From IMG/VR virus record IMGVR_UViG_3300045988_099631, positions 1 to 64,000 of that record: a stretch of 64,000 bases of DNA; one strand, written 5' to 3'. Below the pieces are notes generated by a model. The model ran no database searches. It had not been told where the DNA came from and saw nothing but the letters and a program-made list of their open reading frames with translations. Positions 53,529 to 62,491 of this stretch are shown here, in pieces. The stretch comes from a virus. The number at the start of each line of letters is the position of its first letter. Within the stretch, counting starts at the first letter, position 1. The translations under genes were made by a program, and so were the position numbers.

Positions 53529-53629
53529 TTCAAAGTTTCCCCCTCTGGCACGCCGAACATCTCTATGATTTTTTTCATGACCTTCCATCCATTTCCTGCA
53601 GCGCTCGCGCCGCTTCGCGGCTGATATAA

Positions 53630-53830
53630 TCAGTCATAATCCATATACTCCCTTCCGATTCTGTTTTGCATTTCATACGGCAATGCAAGAAGCGGTGTGC
53701 ATCTACTCAGGATTTCCGCTCTCAAGAGCTGCTCCGCCTGCCTCTTGGTCAGCTGCGGCTCTCGCTTCTTCGGCGGCAGCTCACCTTTTGCCGCCGCAAT
53801 AGCGGTCGGGTTGTGCTTATGTTGCCCCAT
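53630..53830 (-). CDS. Small hypothetical protein
   Basis: 66 aa from ATG 53830. Confidence 0.3.
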   Translation of the reverse strand: MGQHKHNPTAIAAAKGELPPKKREPQLTKRQAEQLLRAEILSRCTPLLALPYEMQNRIGREYMDYD

Positions 53831-54050
53831 CGTCCCGCACCTCCACGCCAGCCTCGTCCAGCAGGTCAGAAAGATCGGTGTCCACGCTGCTGCCAATAAA
53901 CTCGCCATTTTCGTCGTAGTGGTTGTACTCCGTGGTCGGCCGGGATTCTATCCCTGCAAACTCTTTTAAAAGCCTCAGATATTCGTCGTTATCGAAGAGC
54001 TGAGCCTGATAGAGTTGTCTCAACTGCGCTTCGGTTATGTGCTTAGCCAT
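53817..54050 (-). CDS. Small acidic hypothetical protein
   Basis: 77-aa ORF. Confidence 0.35.
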   Translation of the reverse strand: MAKHITEAQLRQLYQAQLFDNDEYLRLLKEFAGIESRPTTEYNHYDENGEFIGSSVDTDLSDLLDEAGVEVRDDGAT

Positions 54051-54195
54051 CCTTCTTGCCCTCCTTTATCCACGTTGGCTTGTTCTCCGTCGATGTTGCC
54101 AGTGTATACGTTTTCTGGGCTGGGCACTCACTGCAAGCCCCAGCGCAGCACTTCCAGTCTCCACCGCAAGGGCGAATCTCCATAGTTCCCGTCAT
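54043..54195 (-). CDS. Small Cys-rich protein (50 aa, below the ORF-track cutoff)
   Basis: ATG 54195 (ATGA overlap with the HNH stop) to TAA 54043. CGGDWKCCAGACSEC. Confidence 0.3.
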   Translation of the reverse strand: MTGTMEIRPCGGDWKCCAGACSECPAQKTYTLATSTENKPTWIKEGKKDG

Positions 54196-54545
54196 GCCTT
54201 GTCCTCCATCTCAAAGTAAAACGTGATCGGTTTCTCTTGCTCAATGACATTCCCATAAACGACCCCTACTTTGTAGATGTAGTTTTCTCGGAGCTTTCTG
54301 GGAATTTCCGCGATATAGCGCCGGAACGTTTCCAGAGAATTTGCCCGCTTGTAGTTGTTGCACATTCGGCATGACGGCATAAGGTTGGAAATATCGTCCG
54401 TCCCTGCGTCTTCGGCGTTCCATGCACGTTGCGGCTTGAAATGATCGACTTGCATATCCTTGATGTCGATAGCCCGTCCACAATAGGCACAGTGGCCGTC
54501 ATACTTCGCATAGACCGCTTCCCGTTTTTTCTTACTGAAACTCAT
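54192..54545 (-). CDS. HNH endonuclease
   Basis: 117 aa. CAYCG…DHFKPQ…NL.PSCRMCNNYK. Confidence 0.65.
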   Translation of the reverse strand: MSFSKKKREAVYAKYDGHCAYCGRAIDIKDMQVDHFKPQRAWNAEDAGTDDISNLMPSCRMCNNYKRANSLETFRRYIAEIPRKLRENYIYKVGVVYGNVIEQEKPITFYFEMEDKA

Positions 54546-54847
54546 ACTCCGTCCACTCCTTCAAAATACCGTGTCCGTTCTTCCTGCGTAGGCCAGTCTG
54601 GGTCGAAGCCACGCTTGCGGCGGTTCCGTTTCCATCCACTGTAAATCTTCGCATCGCGCCCGTCGATGCTGTACCCAACGCCGCGTTCTGCCCGGTTGTG
54701 AACCAGAAGTGGTCGCGGATAATTCGGATTTCGTGCCCTCAGAACCTCGTACTCGCCGACAGGTTCTTCGAGTTTCCAGCCACTTTGCTTCAAGTATGCT
54801 CTGAGGTCGGACAGCATCCCGTGTTTGACCGTCAATCTGTTCTTCAT
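54542..54847 (-). CDS. Hypothetical protein
   Basis: 101-aa ORF, ATGA-coupled to the HNH gene. Confidence 0.4.
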   Translation of the reverse strand: MKNRLTVKHGMLSDLRAYLKQSGWKLEEPVGEYEVLRARNPNYPRPLLVHNRAERGVGYSIDGRDAKIYSGWKRNRRKRGFDPDWPTQEERTRYFEGVDGV

Positions 54848-54850
54848 CTG

Positions 54851-55333
54851 CTACTCCATTTCCTGCAAAGCCTTCTCGGCTTCGGCGCGGGTCAGAAACA
54901 CCGTCTTACCGATATTACTGATTCGCTCATAATCTCCGCCGTCTTCGCCTTCCAATGCCAAATAAATTGCAACCTCCATAACGTGCAGAGGAATTACAGG
55001 GGCTGATTCTGCAGCATAAAGAACATCACCCACTTTGCACGGCAGCACGACCACGCGCCCGTCCTTGTCGGCCTCGGCAAGCTCGCGGAGGCGGTCAAAC
55101 CCGCCGCACAACTCGGCAATGTCCTCGTAGGCTTTCAGCCGTCCGTACAGATCGCGGGCCATCTTGCGGAAAATATCCTTGCCAAAGCCGTTGCTCGTTG
55201 GGCCGTTGATCAGAACGTTGAGCGTGCTGTCCCGGCTCTGCTTCCAGTCGATTTCCTTGCCGCCGATCGCGGCGTGCAGAAATCGGTCAGTGTCCTGGTC
55301 AATGTTGAGATTGGGTCTTGTCAGTCGTTCCAT
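54851..55333 (-). CDS. Hypothetical protein, paralog of 24720-25241
   Basis: 160 aa. RLRELAEADKDGRVVVLPCKVGD…VFLTRAEAEKAL. Confidence 0.4.
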   Translation of the reverse strand: MERLTRPNLNIDQDTDRFLHAAIGGKEIDWKQSRDSTLNVLINGPTSNGFGKDIFRKMARDLYGRLKAYEDIAELCGGFDRLRELAEADKDGRVVVLPCKVGDVLYAAESAPVIPLHVMEVAIYLALEGEDGGDYERISNIGKTVFLTRAEAEKALQEME

Positions 55334-55878
55334 AGTTCTTCCTCCACATACCGCCAGCTCTGCGGCGGGCGGGTGATTGGCTTGGGTTTTGCCTTGAGCG
55401 CTACCTCTACCTCATTTGGCACAGCGTAAAATTCCCGCAGTTCGCGCGGGGTGTCGTAAATCTTGAGATTGGAGATGTGCCAGCCGAAGCCGGTGGCAGC
55501 TCCGAGATACTGGTGCAGCTCCGCAGGCTCTAGGCAGGTTGGCCGCGCAGCATCCGACGGTATCCTTCCCGCGCCGTTAATGTTGATGATCTGATCGCAC
55601 AGAAATTCCCCGATAACCTTTTGCCGCTTATCCCATAAGCCAGTGGTCGGCGCTTTTTCCGTCTTTATGAAAACCGGCTTGCCGTGATACGTTTCTCCAT
55701 AATTCTCATCGCCGTCTTTCATAATGGTGAGTAGCTTTTCCTCCGGTTTTGTGCAGTAGATATAGCACTTAAACGGCGTATCCATCTTCGGGCGCGTCTT
55801 GCGCACCTCGATCGTTTTCTCTCCGCTTATGATCTTCTCGCACCACCTTGGTCTGATGCTGATTAAAACAGCTATCAT
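55321..55878 (-). CDS. ASCH-domain protein
   Basis: 185 aa. LISIRPRWCEKIISGEKTIEVRK. The 5' 101 bp are ~95% identical to 27711-27811. Confidence 0.6.
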   Translation of the reverse strand: MIAVLISIRPRWCEKIISGEKTIEVRKTRPKMDTPFKCYIYCTKPEEKLLTIMKDGDENYGETYHGKPVFIKTEKAPTTGLWDKRQKVIGEFLCDQIININGAGRIPSDAARPTCLEPAELHQYLGAATGFGWHISNLKIYDTPRELREFYAVPNEVEVALKAKPKPITRPPQSWRYVEEELWND

Positions 55879-56258
55879 GCCTTGTCTCCTTTCTCCGGTG
55901 CTCCCGGCAGCGGCATCCAGTGAGTAATCAAGTTCTGCGGTGCCTCCCAGTTATTGCACGTTCATCCGTCGCTTGGAAAGTATCTGGCCATATCTACAAT
56001 CGAGCCGCCCGCGTCCCGAAAAGCAACGAGATATTTGCTGAGACGGTCTATTGGCAGCCTGTCCTCCACGCTGATCCACTGCGGCACCTTCTCCCGCAGC
56101 GCCGCGTTCTCGGCGGTCAGGCGCTCGATCATGGTGATAGCTTCATCCGCCAGCCGCTCCGTGCAACGCACATACTTCATTTGTGGGCAAAGCCCGCAAC
56201 CCTTCTCTATATGCGTCGCGCAGATACGCAGTACCTGTATAATTTCCTCGTCTGTCAT
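55875..56258 (-). pseudogene. DUF551-family gene interrupted by an in-frame TGA
   Basis: ATG 56258 …WISVEDRLP…ARYFPSDG-TGA(55962-55964)-TCNNWEAPQNLITHWMPLPGAPEKGDKA, stop 55875. The post-stop part carries the DUF551 C-terminal THWMPLP signature in the same frame. Confidence 0.5.
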
Positions 56259-56605
56259 AGCGCGTTCTCCAATCCTTTCCACTCAAATTTCGGGTGCGAT
56301 AAGCAGTTTGAGCAAGGGCAAACTCTGTATTGATAACAGTCATCGCAGGTGTTCTCGGTACACCGAGCATCGAAACAATACGAATCATTTTTGCAGATCT
56401 CACACAGTTTTCTGGAATTTGCAGCTTCGAGCAAAGCATTCCTTTCCTTTTCCAGCCGCTCAATCAGATCTGCGGCACCAACCATCATGTCGCCCATACA
56501 ATCCTCGCTATCCTCGCTGTCAAACAATGGGCATTCCGCACAAGTTTGTGCGTCTGTTCTGCGGGAGCATATCCGCAGAGCCCGTATAATTTCCCTGTCT
56601 GTCAT
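56255..56605 (-). CDS. Hypothetical protein (ALR.C…LIERL family)
   Basis: 116 aa. IRALRICS…CAECP…DLIERLEKERNAL. Confidence 0.4.
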   Translation of the reverse strand: MTDREIIRALRICSRRTDAQTCAECPLFDSEDSEDCMGDMMVGAADLIERLEKERNALLEAANSRKLCEICKNDSYCFDARCTENTCDDCYQYRVCPCSNCLSHPKFEWKGLENAL

Positions 56606-57471
56606 ATATCCTCCATTCCTTCAAAAACCATTTGCCCCGGCAAAACGCCGTCCTCCATCCACCAGTGCATCACTTCCTTACCTGTTTGCCAGTCGCAAGG
56701 CAAGCCTCTCTTTTGCCGTTCCGCAAGCATCCTGTCAAACGCCCGGACATACGCCGCTTTGATCTTTGGGTAACGCGCAAACTGCACCTTCCGGTGCTTG
56801 CCTGCCATCGGGCAGCCGATACAACCCACGCGTTCAAAACCGCAGGCGTAAAGTGGATTCATCGAGATCTTTTCTGCCGTGCAGTAATCCCAGATGTCAG
56901 CATCCTGCCAGTCAATGATTGGGTTTACCGTCCGCGTCCCCTTGAGCTGGCAGTTTTCCATCATCATTCGGTTCTCGTCGTTGTCATTCATAAGCGTCAG
57001 CCGCTTGTCCTTGCTCTTATGCAGCGCTTCCATAACGCCGCGAGATTTCCGCTTTTGCGATTCGGCCCAGCGAACGCCGGTCGCAATCCACCTCCCGCGG
57101 CCGCTGGTCTCTTTGAGCGCCGCGCAGCAGTAGCGCGCCAGGCGTGTCGGCGGCATGAGTTTGCGCGGGATTAGGTTCCACATCGTCACGTTTCCGCCGT
57201 CCGGCGTCCGGTGCGTATCGATTGTGCATTTTACGCCAGCCAGCTCCAAGCGGCGGAAGGTGTCCCGCACATGCCAGACAGTCTCCGGCGCGTCCGCCGT
57301 GGTCAGCGAGTGCAAAACCTCATACTGGATACCGGCTTTTCCCGCCAGATGCAAAAGCACGTCCGAGTCCTTGCCGCCCGAGTAGGTAATCACAAGCGGC
57401 TGCTTGTACAGGCGCAAGCTCATCTCCGAGGCCATTTTCAGCCGCTCAATCGCGGTTTGTTCTAAGTCCAT
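56602..57471 (-). CDS. PAPS-reductase-family (PP-loop ATPase) protein
   Basis: 289 aa. ITYSGGKDSDVLLHL PP-loop. C-terminal CIGCP cluster. Confidence 0.7.
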   Translation of the reverse strand: MDLEQTAIERLKMASEMSLRLYKQPLVITYSGGKDSDVLLHLAGKAGIQYEVLHSLTTADAPETVWHVRDTFRRLELAGVKCTIDTHRTPDGGNVTMWNLIPRKLMPPTRLARYCCAALKETSGRGRWIATGVRWAESQKRKSRGVMEALHKSKDKRLTLMNDNDENRMMMENCQLKGTRTVNPIIDWQDADIWDYCTAEKISMNPLYACGFERVGCIGCPMAGKHRKVQFARYPKIKAAYVRAFDRMLAERQKRGLPCDWQTGKEVMHWWMEDGVLPGQMVFEGMEDI

Positions 57472-57486
57472 CAGTATCCCTCCAAT

Positions 57487-57741
57487 TCAATCCGTATCAT
57501 TGCGCTTCCGGAAACAGATCTGCTTCCCAAACGCGAAAATGTCGGCTTCGGCCACTTCATCCGACCGGCAGAATGGCAGTCCGAGTTCGTATGCTTTTAT
57601 CGTTACGAAGAAAGCGCACTCCCGGCAATCTGCCCCAGGTACTTGCTTCAGCAATTCTGGAACCCTGTAGATCTCGACATCCCGGAGTTTTCCATCGATC
57701 ATTAGTTTCTGCGTTTCATAGCGCTTTTTTATTCCATTCAT
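57487..57741 (-). CDS. Small hypothetical protein
   Basis: 84 aa from ATG 57741 (ATGA overlap). Confidence 0.35.
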   Translation of the reverse strand: MNGIKKRYETQKLMIDGKLRDVEIYRVPELLKQVPGADCRECAFFVTIKAYELGLPFCRSDEVAEADIFAFGKQICFRKRNDTD

Positions 57742-58157
57742 GTTCCCTCTCCGATTGAAAGCTGGTTCTGCCGGTAGCATTGGAATAGTGTCTCCCCTTT
57801 GTCGTTGAGCATGTACGGCAGGAAGATTTCATCCATCTGCACCATCTCGGATTCCAGAATCGCCATCTGCGCAGCTACCCAGTCCTTCACGATGCGCCAA
57901 GCGACACGCTCGGCCTGATCGCGGTCGCATTTGACCTTCTGTTTCGTGAGCACAGCCCACACCGCATCAACGTTTGCCGGGAGACGGATTCCGCGCGGGC
58001 CATTCGGTGTATCAATCAGGAAGGACAGTGCTGTGATATGCCCGTCATTGTCGTAATCCTGCATGATTTTCTTCGCACCGTGCTTGACGAGCTGCCCCTG
58101 AATCTCACCAAGCGTCGCAAACACATCGACCTTCGTCGTGTAATTCATGATGGGCAT
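57738..58157 (-). CDS. Conserved phage protein (hypothetical)
   Basis: 139 aa with GGGGAGG RBS. Confidence 0.4.
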   Translation of the reverse strand: MPIMNYTTKVDVFATLGEIQGQLVKHGAKKIMQDYDNDGHITALSFLIDTPNGPRGIRLPANVDAVWAVLTKQKVKCDRDQAERVAWRIVKDWVAAQMAILESEMVQMDEIFLPYMLNDKGETLFQCYRQNQLSIGEGT

Positions 58158-58160
58158 GGT

Positions 58161-58613
58161 TTAATCCTCCCCGGCCGCAATCGGAAGTGGCATCCAGTGG
58201 GTGACATAATATCCGTTGAGTGGAGCATCTTCGATGCTCAGAAGAGCATTGGCAAGGACTTCACTTGCTTCGTCTCTTCCGATGTGCCATATCTTTTGTT
58301 CGGTGTCAAAAACTGCGGGCGAAACGAACTTCCTGTCATACGGTTCATCTGTGAATGGATTACTTACTGACTCCATGACAGTAACAGTGCAGCTCACCCA
58401 CCCATATGCAGCTTTAGCCTTCGGAAGGTTGTCTTTGACACTGATCCACGCCTGCATGTGGTCCAGCAGATTGTTATATGCCGTTGTCAAGGCACCTAAC
58501 GATTTTTCTAGTTCCGCATTATTAGCCGCAAGCGTCTCAATTTCATTGGCTGCAGCTACTGCCAGCGAGCCGCCATGCCGCCTAAGTTCCTGCAAAATCT
58601 CTTGTTGCTTCAT
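58161..58613 (-). CDS. DUF551-domain protein
   Basis: 150 aa. WISVKDNLP…YYVTHWMPLP. Confidence 0.5.
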   Translation of the reverse strand: MKQQEILQELRRHGGSLAVAAANEIETLAANNAELEKSLGALTTAYNNLLDHMQAWISVKDNLPKAKAAYGWVSCTVTVMESVSNPFTDEPYDRKFVSPAVFDTEQKIWHIGRDEASEVLANALLSIEDAPLNGYYVTHWMPLPIAAGED

Positions 58614-58616
58614 ATT

Positions 58617-59114
58617 TCAGTTCCCCTCCGAATAGTACTTCGGCATTTCCGCCCACGCGATTACGCCGTCCCAATCTCCGCGTCCCTCCAATCCAAACGA
58701 ATGGTTTCCCCAATCGTCGGTATCGGCGCAGCACACGTCTTTGTCCACTCCCCACGCGGTTGCGACTAGGATTTCCTGTCCATCATCAGGCATAGGGCAG
58801 TCGAACATATACTCCGGGATTTCAAAATCCGAATAGCCATGCTCGGAAAATTCAGCTTTTTCCGCATCCGTCAGTGGGCGTTCGTTGAGTTTATGCCACA
58901 ATACCGGCTCGACAAGCTCTCCCATTGTTCTGCCTTCCAGCCTCACAGCGTACTGTAGTGCCTTGTGCTTGATTTGAGACAGAAGCAGTTGAATCTGAAG
59001 GTTCATGAACCACTTTCGATTCCAAATTCTCCCGTTCCAATAGATGTTTTCTTGCAGCACCAAATCGTCCAGTGATCGAATGCAATCGCCTTTCATATAT
59101 TTGGGTTTACTCAT
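58617..59114 (-). CDS. Hypothetical protein with DUF551-like C-terminus
   Basis: 165 aa from ATG 59114. …VIAWAEMPKY. Confidence 0.35.
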   Translation of the reverse strand: MSKPKYMKGDCIRSLDDLVLQENIYWNGRIWNRKWFMNLQIQLLLSQIKHKALQYAVRLEGRTMGELVEPVLWHKLNERPLTDAEKAEFSEHGYSDFEIPEYMFDCPMPDDGQEILVATAWGVDKDVCCADTDDWGNHSFGLEGRGDWDGVIAWAEMPKYYSEGN

Positions 59115-59374
59115 TTCCTTTTCTCCCATTCCAATCCGCCGAACATAGTCGTTTGCTCCATGTCCGGTTCCTTTTTCTGCGCCGCCCTCCGTTTTTCAAC
59201 CGGCCTGTACTCCCGTTCTGGGTCAAGAACGTCTATCGAGCAAAATTCGAAGTGTGGGCAGCGGTTCAGCCGCGTTATCTGACGGTCAGTTCGAATTTCG
59301 TCTTTTGGCTCGCACCAAATCATGTCATCACCTTGAAGATAAGCATTTACGCAGTAGCGGCAGTATTGCTTCAT
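59111..59374 (-). CDS. Small Cys-rich protein
   Basis: 87 aa from ATG 59374 (GAGGGG RBS). CRYC…WC…CPHFEFC. Confidence 0.35.
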   Translation of the reverse strand: MKQYCRYCVNAYLQGDDMIWCEPKDEIRTDRQITRLNRCPHFEFCSIDVLDPEREYRPVEKRRAAQKKEPDMEQTTMFGGLEWEKRK

Positions 59375-59385
59375 GATGAATCCCC

Positions 59386-59556
59386 TCACTTGAAAATGAC
59401 CATTGCGGAGAAGAATTGTGACCATCCGTATCCAGTTTTTGTAGCGCAGTGCTGATATTTGATTTCGACTTCCTCATTGTTGTAGCCCTCAAGCACTGCA
59501 TTTAACTCCCTTGTAAGTTCCCTCTCATCGCTTGCAGTAAAAATTTCAACTTTCAT
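59386..59556 (-). CDS. Cse60-like small protein (56 aa, below the ORF-track cutoff)
   Basis: ATG 59556 (ATGA overlap). MKVEIF…EVEIKYQ…FSAMVIFK parallels Bacillus Cse60. Confidence 0.45.
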   Translation of the reverse strand: MKVEIFTASDERELTRELNAVLEGYNNEEVEIKYQHCATKTGYGWSQFFSAMVIFK

Positions 59557-60023
59557 TTCTTCTCCTTTTTGTTCAGCAGGTAGTCGGCGCGAAGCGCCCG
59601 CGCAAATCCGTTGTCCGGTGCCTTCCCGTTATGGCTTGGTGTTTTGTCAAGTGCCTTTCTACACAATGCCAAACATCGCTCACAGACTGCATAACCTGTG
59701 ACTGGTGGGTTCTTCCCGCACTTTTTGCATAGCGTCACGCCGTCCATAAGAACTTTGGGGGTAGTGCCGTTCCGCCACTTATGTTCGTTCGACGCCCGCC
59801 GTGATTTCATGGCGCATTCGCCGCACGTCCGGTATTCAGGTCGTGGAGGACGCTTCCCGCATTTTGTGCATAGACCTTCAGCAGCTCGACGTTTCGCGCG
59901 CTTCGAAACATACTCAGTTTGGTGTGCTATCCACTGTTTTTTCCTTGGGTATGTTTTCTTCACATAGTCATTGATGCAATCTGGATACGGGCAGTTAAAG
60001 CAGTCATTCTTCTTGCATTCCAT
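59553..60023 (-). CDS. Multi-zinc-ribbon protein
   Basis: 156 aa from ATG 60023. Repeated C.KCGK.PP….Y..C..C units. Confidence 0.4.
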   Translation of the reverse strand: MECKKNDCFNCPYPDCINDYVKKTYPRKKQWIAHQTEYVSKRAKRRAAEGLCTKCGKRPPRPEYRTCGECAMKSRRASNEHKWRNGTTPKVLMDGVTLCKKCGKNPPVTGYAVCERCLALCRKALDKTPSHNGKAPDNGFARALRADYLLNKKEKK

Positions 60024-60411
60024 GTTGTTCAACCCTTGGTATCACAGTTTGGCCCTTCCATAATGGGATGCCAATCGGTTCTTTACTCCATACAGGGAAT
60101 CGCATGACGGTAAGGCCTCTGCTAAGTTGTTCTGGAACCACACACAAATGTGCCTGAATTTCGAGCCGTACTGTACCGTCTTCATTTTTGGACGTAGATA
60201 CCCAGTCATTTGGAATGTCCCTATTCAGTTCAAATTCACACGTCGCTCCGGTCATGCGTCCGTTGAACGAAGTCGCATCGGTGTTGAACTTTGAAAAGAC
60301 AAGCGCCATGAATCGGGAAGCAGCATAGCGCTGCGGAAGAATATCGCGGCAGTTTTGAACATCTGACCATGCGAAGATTCCAGTTTTGTCTGCAAATGCT
60401 ATCCTGTTCAT
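60004..60411 (-). CDS. Hypothetical protein
   Basis: 135 aa from ATG 60411 (ATGA overlap). Confidence 0.4.
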   Translation of the reverse strand: MNRIAFADKTGIFAWSDVQNCRDILPQRYAASRFMALVFSKFNTDATSFNGRMTGATCEFELNRDIPNDWVSTSKNEDGTVRLEIQAHLCVVPEQLSRGLTVMRFPVWSKEPIGIPLWKGQTVIPRVEQHGMQEE

Positions 60412-60722
60412 TTCGTCGTTCCTCCATCCCACAGGAGTGGTTTCCCTTCAGCGTCTACCATTACGCAAGCGCCACCGTAAATGCTCCGAATCAGATACAT
60501 CACGTTTGTTTCAGTATCGACATACACGATAAGAGCGGAATTATCGTCTTTGATGACCCGTTGAAATCGTTGCTGACTGTGCTCCGCTACGGTTTCTGTT
60601 TTGGTGGCATTCTTATCACATTCACCTGCCACCGCAAACGCAACCGAGACCACTAGCATTGCTATAATCAATATCACAAGCAGAGCGACTGTCCTTGTGT
60701 AAATCTTCTCACTGATTTTCAT
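60408..60722 (-). CDS. Membrane-anchored hypothetical protein
   Basis: 104 aa with one N-terminal TM helix. Confidence 0.4.
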   Translation of the reverse strand: MKISEKIYTRTVALLVILIIAMLVVSVAFAVAGECDKNATKTETVAEHSQQRFQRVIKDDNSALIVYVDTETNVMYLIRSIYGGACVMVDAEGKPLLWDGGTTK

Positions 60723-61150
60723 GCGGATTCCTCATGATCGTAGATCGTGCCGCACCGATGAAGTTCATTCTGGTCGTCCACCGTAAGATTCGTGGCGTAC
60801 CGTCTGTCTTTGCAGTTCCGGACTGCAAATGAGGCATCTGCTGTGGTAAACTCAACGGAGTACAGCTGTGGAACGCCTTCGACGCTCAAGATGTCACCCT
60901 CGAAGATTTTCTCGCCATTTCTGTCAACAAGCCCGATGTACTGTCCGACCGTTTCCGGAATGACCTCCACAGCTTTATTGAACGGCTCCCCATTGTCGAT
61001 GAAGAATTTCCCTTCACACGCGCGCCCTGTGTCATTCGCGCGGCCAATCAGATAGCCATATACCCACTCACCATTGTTTACTGACTTGCCTCTGAACGTA
61101 ATTTCTCGCAACTGTTTTTCCTCCCATTGTCGTTTCAAACTTCTACGCAT
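60719..61150 (-). CDS. YopX-family protein
   Basis: ITFRGKS…WVYGY…VIPETVGQYIGLVDRNGEKIFEGDI. The real start may be TTG 61111, after GGGAGG. Confidence 0.5.
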   Translation of the reverse strand: MRRSLKRQWEEKQLREITFRGKSVNNGEWVYGYLIGRANDTGRACEGKFFIDNGEPFNKAVEVIPETVGQYIGLVDRNGEKIFEGDILSVEGVPQLYSVEFTTADASFAVRNCKDRRYATNLTVDDQNELHRCGTIYDHEESA

Positions 61151-61506
61151 TCGTTCTCACGAATGTTGACCCGATGCCCGTTGACCTGAATCACATATCC
61201 GATTTGCTTGATGCCCGCATACCCGGCATACCGTTCCGCACGATACAGCGCCCCAACTTCCGGCCGAAACTCCGGGAACAGGTCAATCTTCTTTGTGATT
61301 TGAATGTCGCAATCCGTGTGCGGCAGCGCCCCTGGCCTTTTGATTTCATTGCTTGACGGCAGCTGGCCGTGACATCCATGCGCTACTCGCCACTTCGCTG
61401 CACACTCGCAGGAACAGAACTTATGTTGGTATCCTTTCGGCCTGTATCTTTGCTTCCGCCGCACTTTCTTCCCGCACCAGTCGCAGTTAAAAAATTCCCA
61501 TGCCAT
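61135..61506 (-). CDS. Zinc-ribbon protein, paralog of 27826-28173
   Basis: 123 aa. CDWCGK…FCSCEC…GYVIQVNGHRVNIRENECVEV. Confidence 0.45.
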   Translation of the reverse strand: MAWEFFNCDWCGKKVRRKQRYRPKGYQHKFCSCECAAKWRVAHGCHGQLPSSNEIKRPGALPHTDCDIQITKKIDLFPEFRPEVGALYRAERYAGYAGIKQIGYVIQVNGHRVNIRENECVEV

Positions 61507-61509
61507 ATC

Positions 61510-61899
61510 TCACCGCCGCCTTTCCTTTGAGAAAATCTCAAATGATGTCAGCGAATCCCCTGCCTTGATCTGCCCTTTGCAGAATATCCGCAGATACCCG
61601 CACGGCAGACAGTCTATCGACCACGCCGGCAGCGCCATCTTCCGATAATCACACGGTCCCATCCACTCTCCATGTCCGCCATGTCCTTCCAAGTCCAACG
61701 TCTCCGATACTCCAGACAGCCTCACGACCGGCTCAGGTCCCACACATCCTACAAAGTCCATCCGCCCCCATGTTTCACGGCTCAAACTGTCCTCCATTGG
61801 AATGATGACCAGACTATCAAACGCAGGTTCTTTACTGTCAAAACGTTCCCGTTCCGGAACTTTCTCGAAATCTTCCTTGCGCATTTTTCGAATGTCCAT
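61510..61899 (-). CDS. Hypothetical protein
   Basis: 129 aa from ATG 61899 (GAGGGGG RBS). First gene after 29-mer copy 2. Confidence 0.4.
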   Translation of the reverse strand: MDIRKMRKEDFEKVPERERFDSKEPAFDSLVIIPMEDSLSRETWGRMDFVGCVGPEPVVRLSGVSETLDLEGHGGHGEWMGPCDYRKMALPAWSIDCLPCGYLRIFCKGQIKAGDSLTSFEIFSKERRR

Positions 61900-61940
61900 T
61901 GCTTTATCGCCCCCTCTATTTTTCATCATACTCATGCCAA

Positions 61941-61969
61941 CAAATGTTTTTTCCCATTCTTATGTCAAC
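61941..61969 (-). promoter_or_regulatory. Conserved 29-bp element, copy 2 (contains TTGACA)
   Basis: Identical to 46046-46074. Confidence 0.5.
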
Positions 61970-62450
61970 TCACCCATGTACGCACACCATCCCGGCGCAC
62001 GCCTCCCATCAGCCGATGCACACTTGATTCATACCTATGCAATATGTGCCCCATGTCCGTAGGACACCCGATATGTTGCCGTAAGGCAACCGCGCAAATT
62101 TTATTTTTGGGGTATGCCCCATATCCGTTCCAAAATTTTAACTCAGGTTTGGGAAATACCCCCTCCCCCATGTCTATTCAGTCAAAAAGAAAGCGCCGAC
62201 CATAGCCGACGTCGCAAAAGCATATTCAGGCGTATATGGAATCCAGTTTATCCAACCGGTCGCACCATTCCACACTTGCATCATGAATGCGGCGATCATC
62301 CATTCAACCACTACGTCCGTTTTTGGTGTCGTTTCGCGGAACATGGTCAGAGGGGGAAGTGCTTAGTGCGTTCTCCGATTTTGGGTGCGTCCTGGTCTTG
62401 TAAAATGGGGGGTGTTCTTTCATTCTGACGTGATTCTTTCATTTTTGGGC

Positions 62451-62491
62451 GTATGTCGTTTACATTATGCCCTATAAAGTAAACGACATAC
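62451..62491. repeat. Perfect 13-bp inverted repeat
   Basis: GTATGTCGTTTAC, 15 nt, GTAAACGACATAC. Confidence 0.8.
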
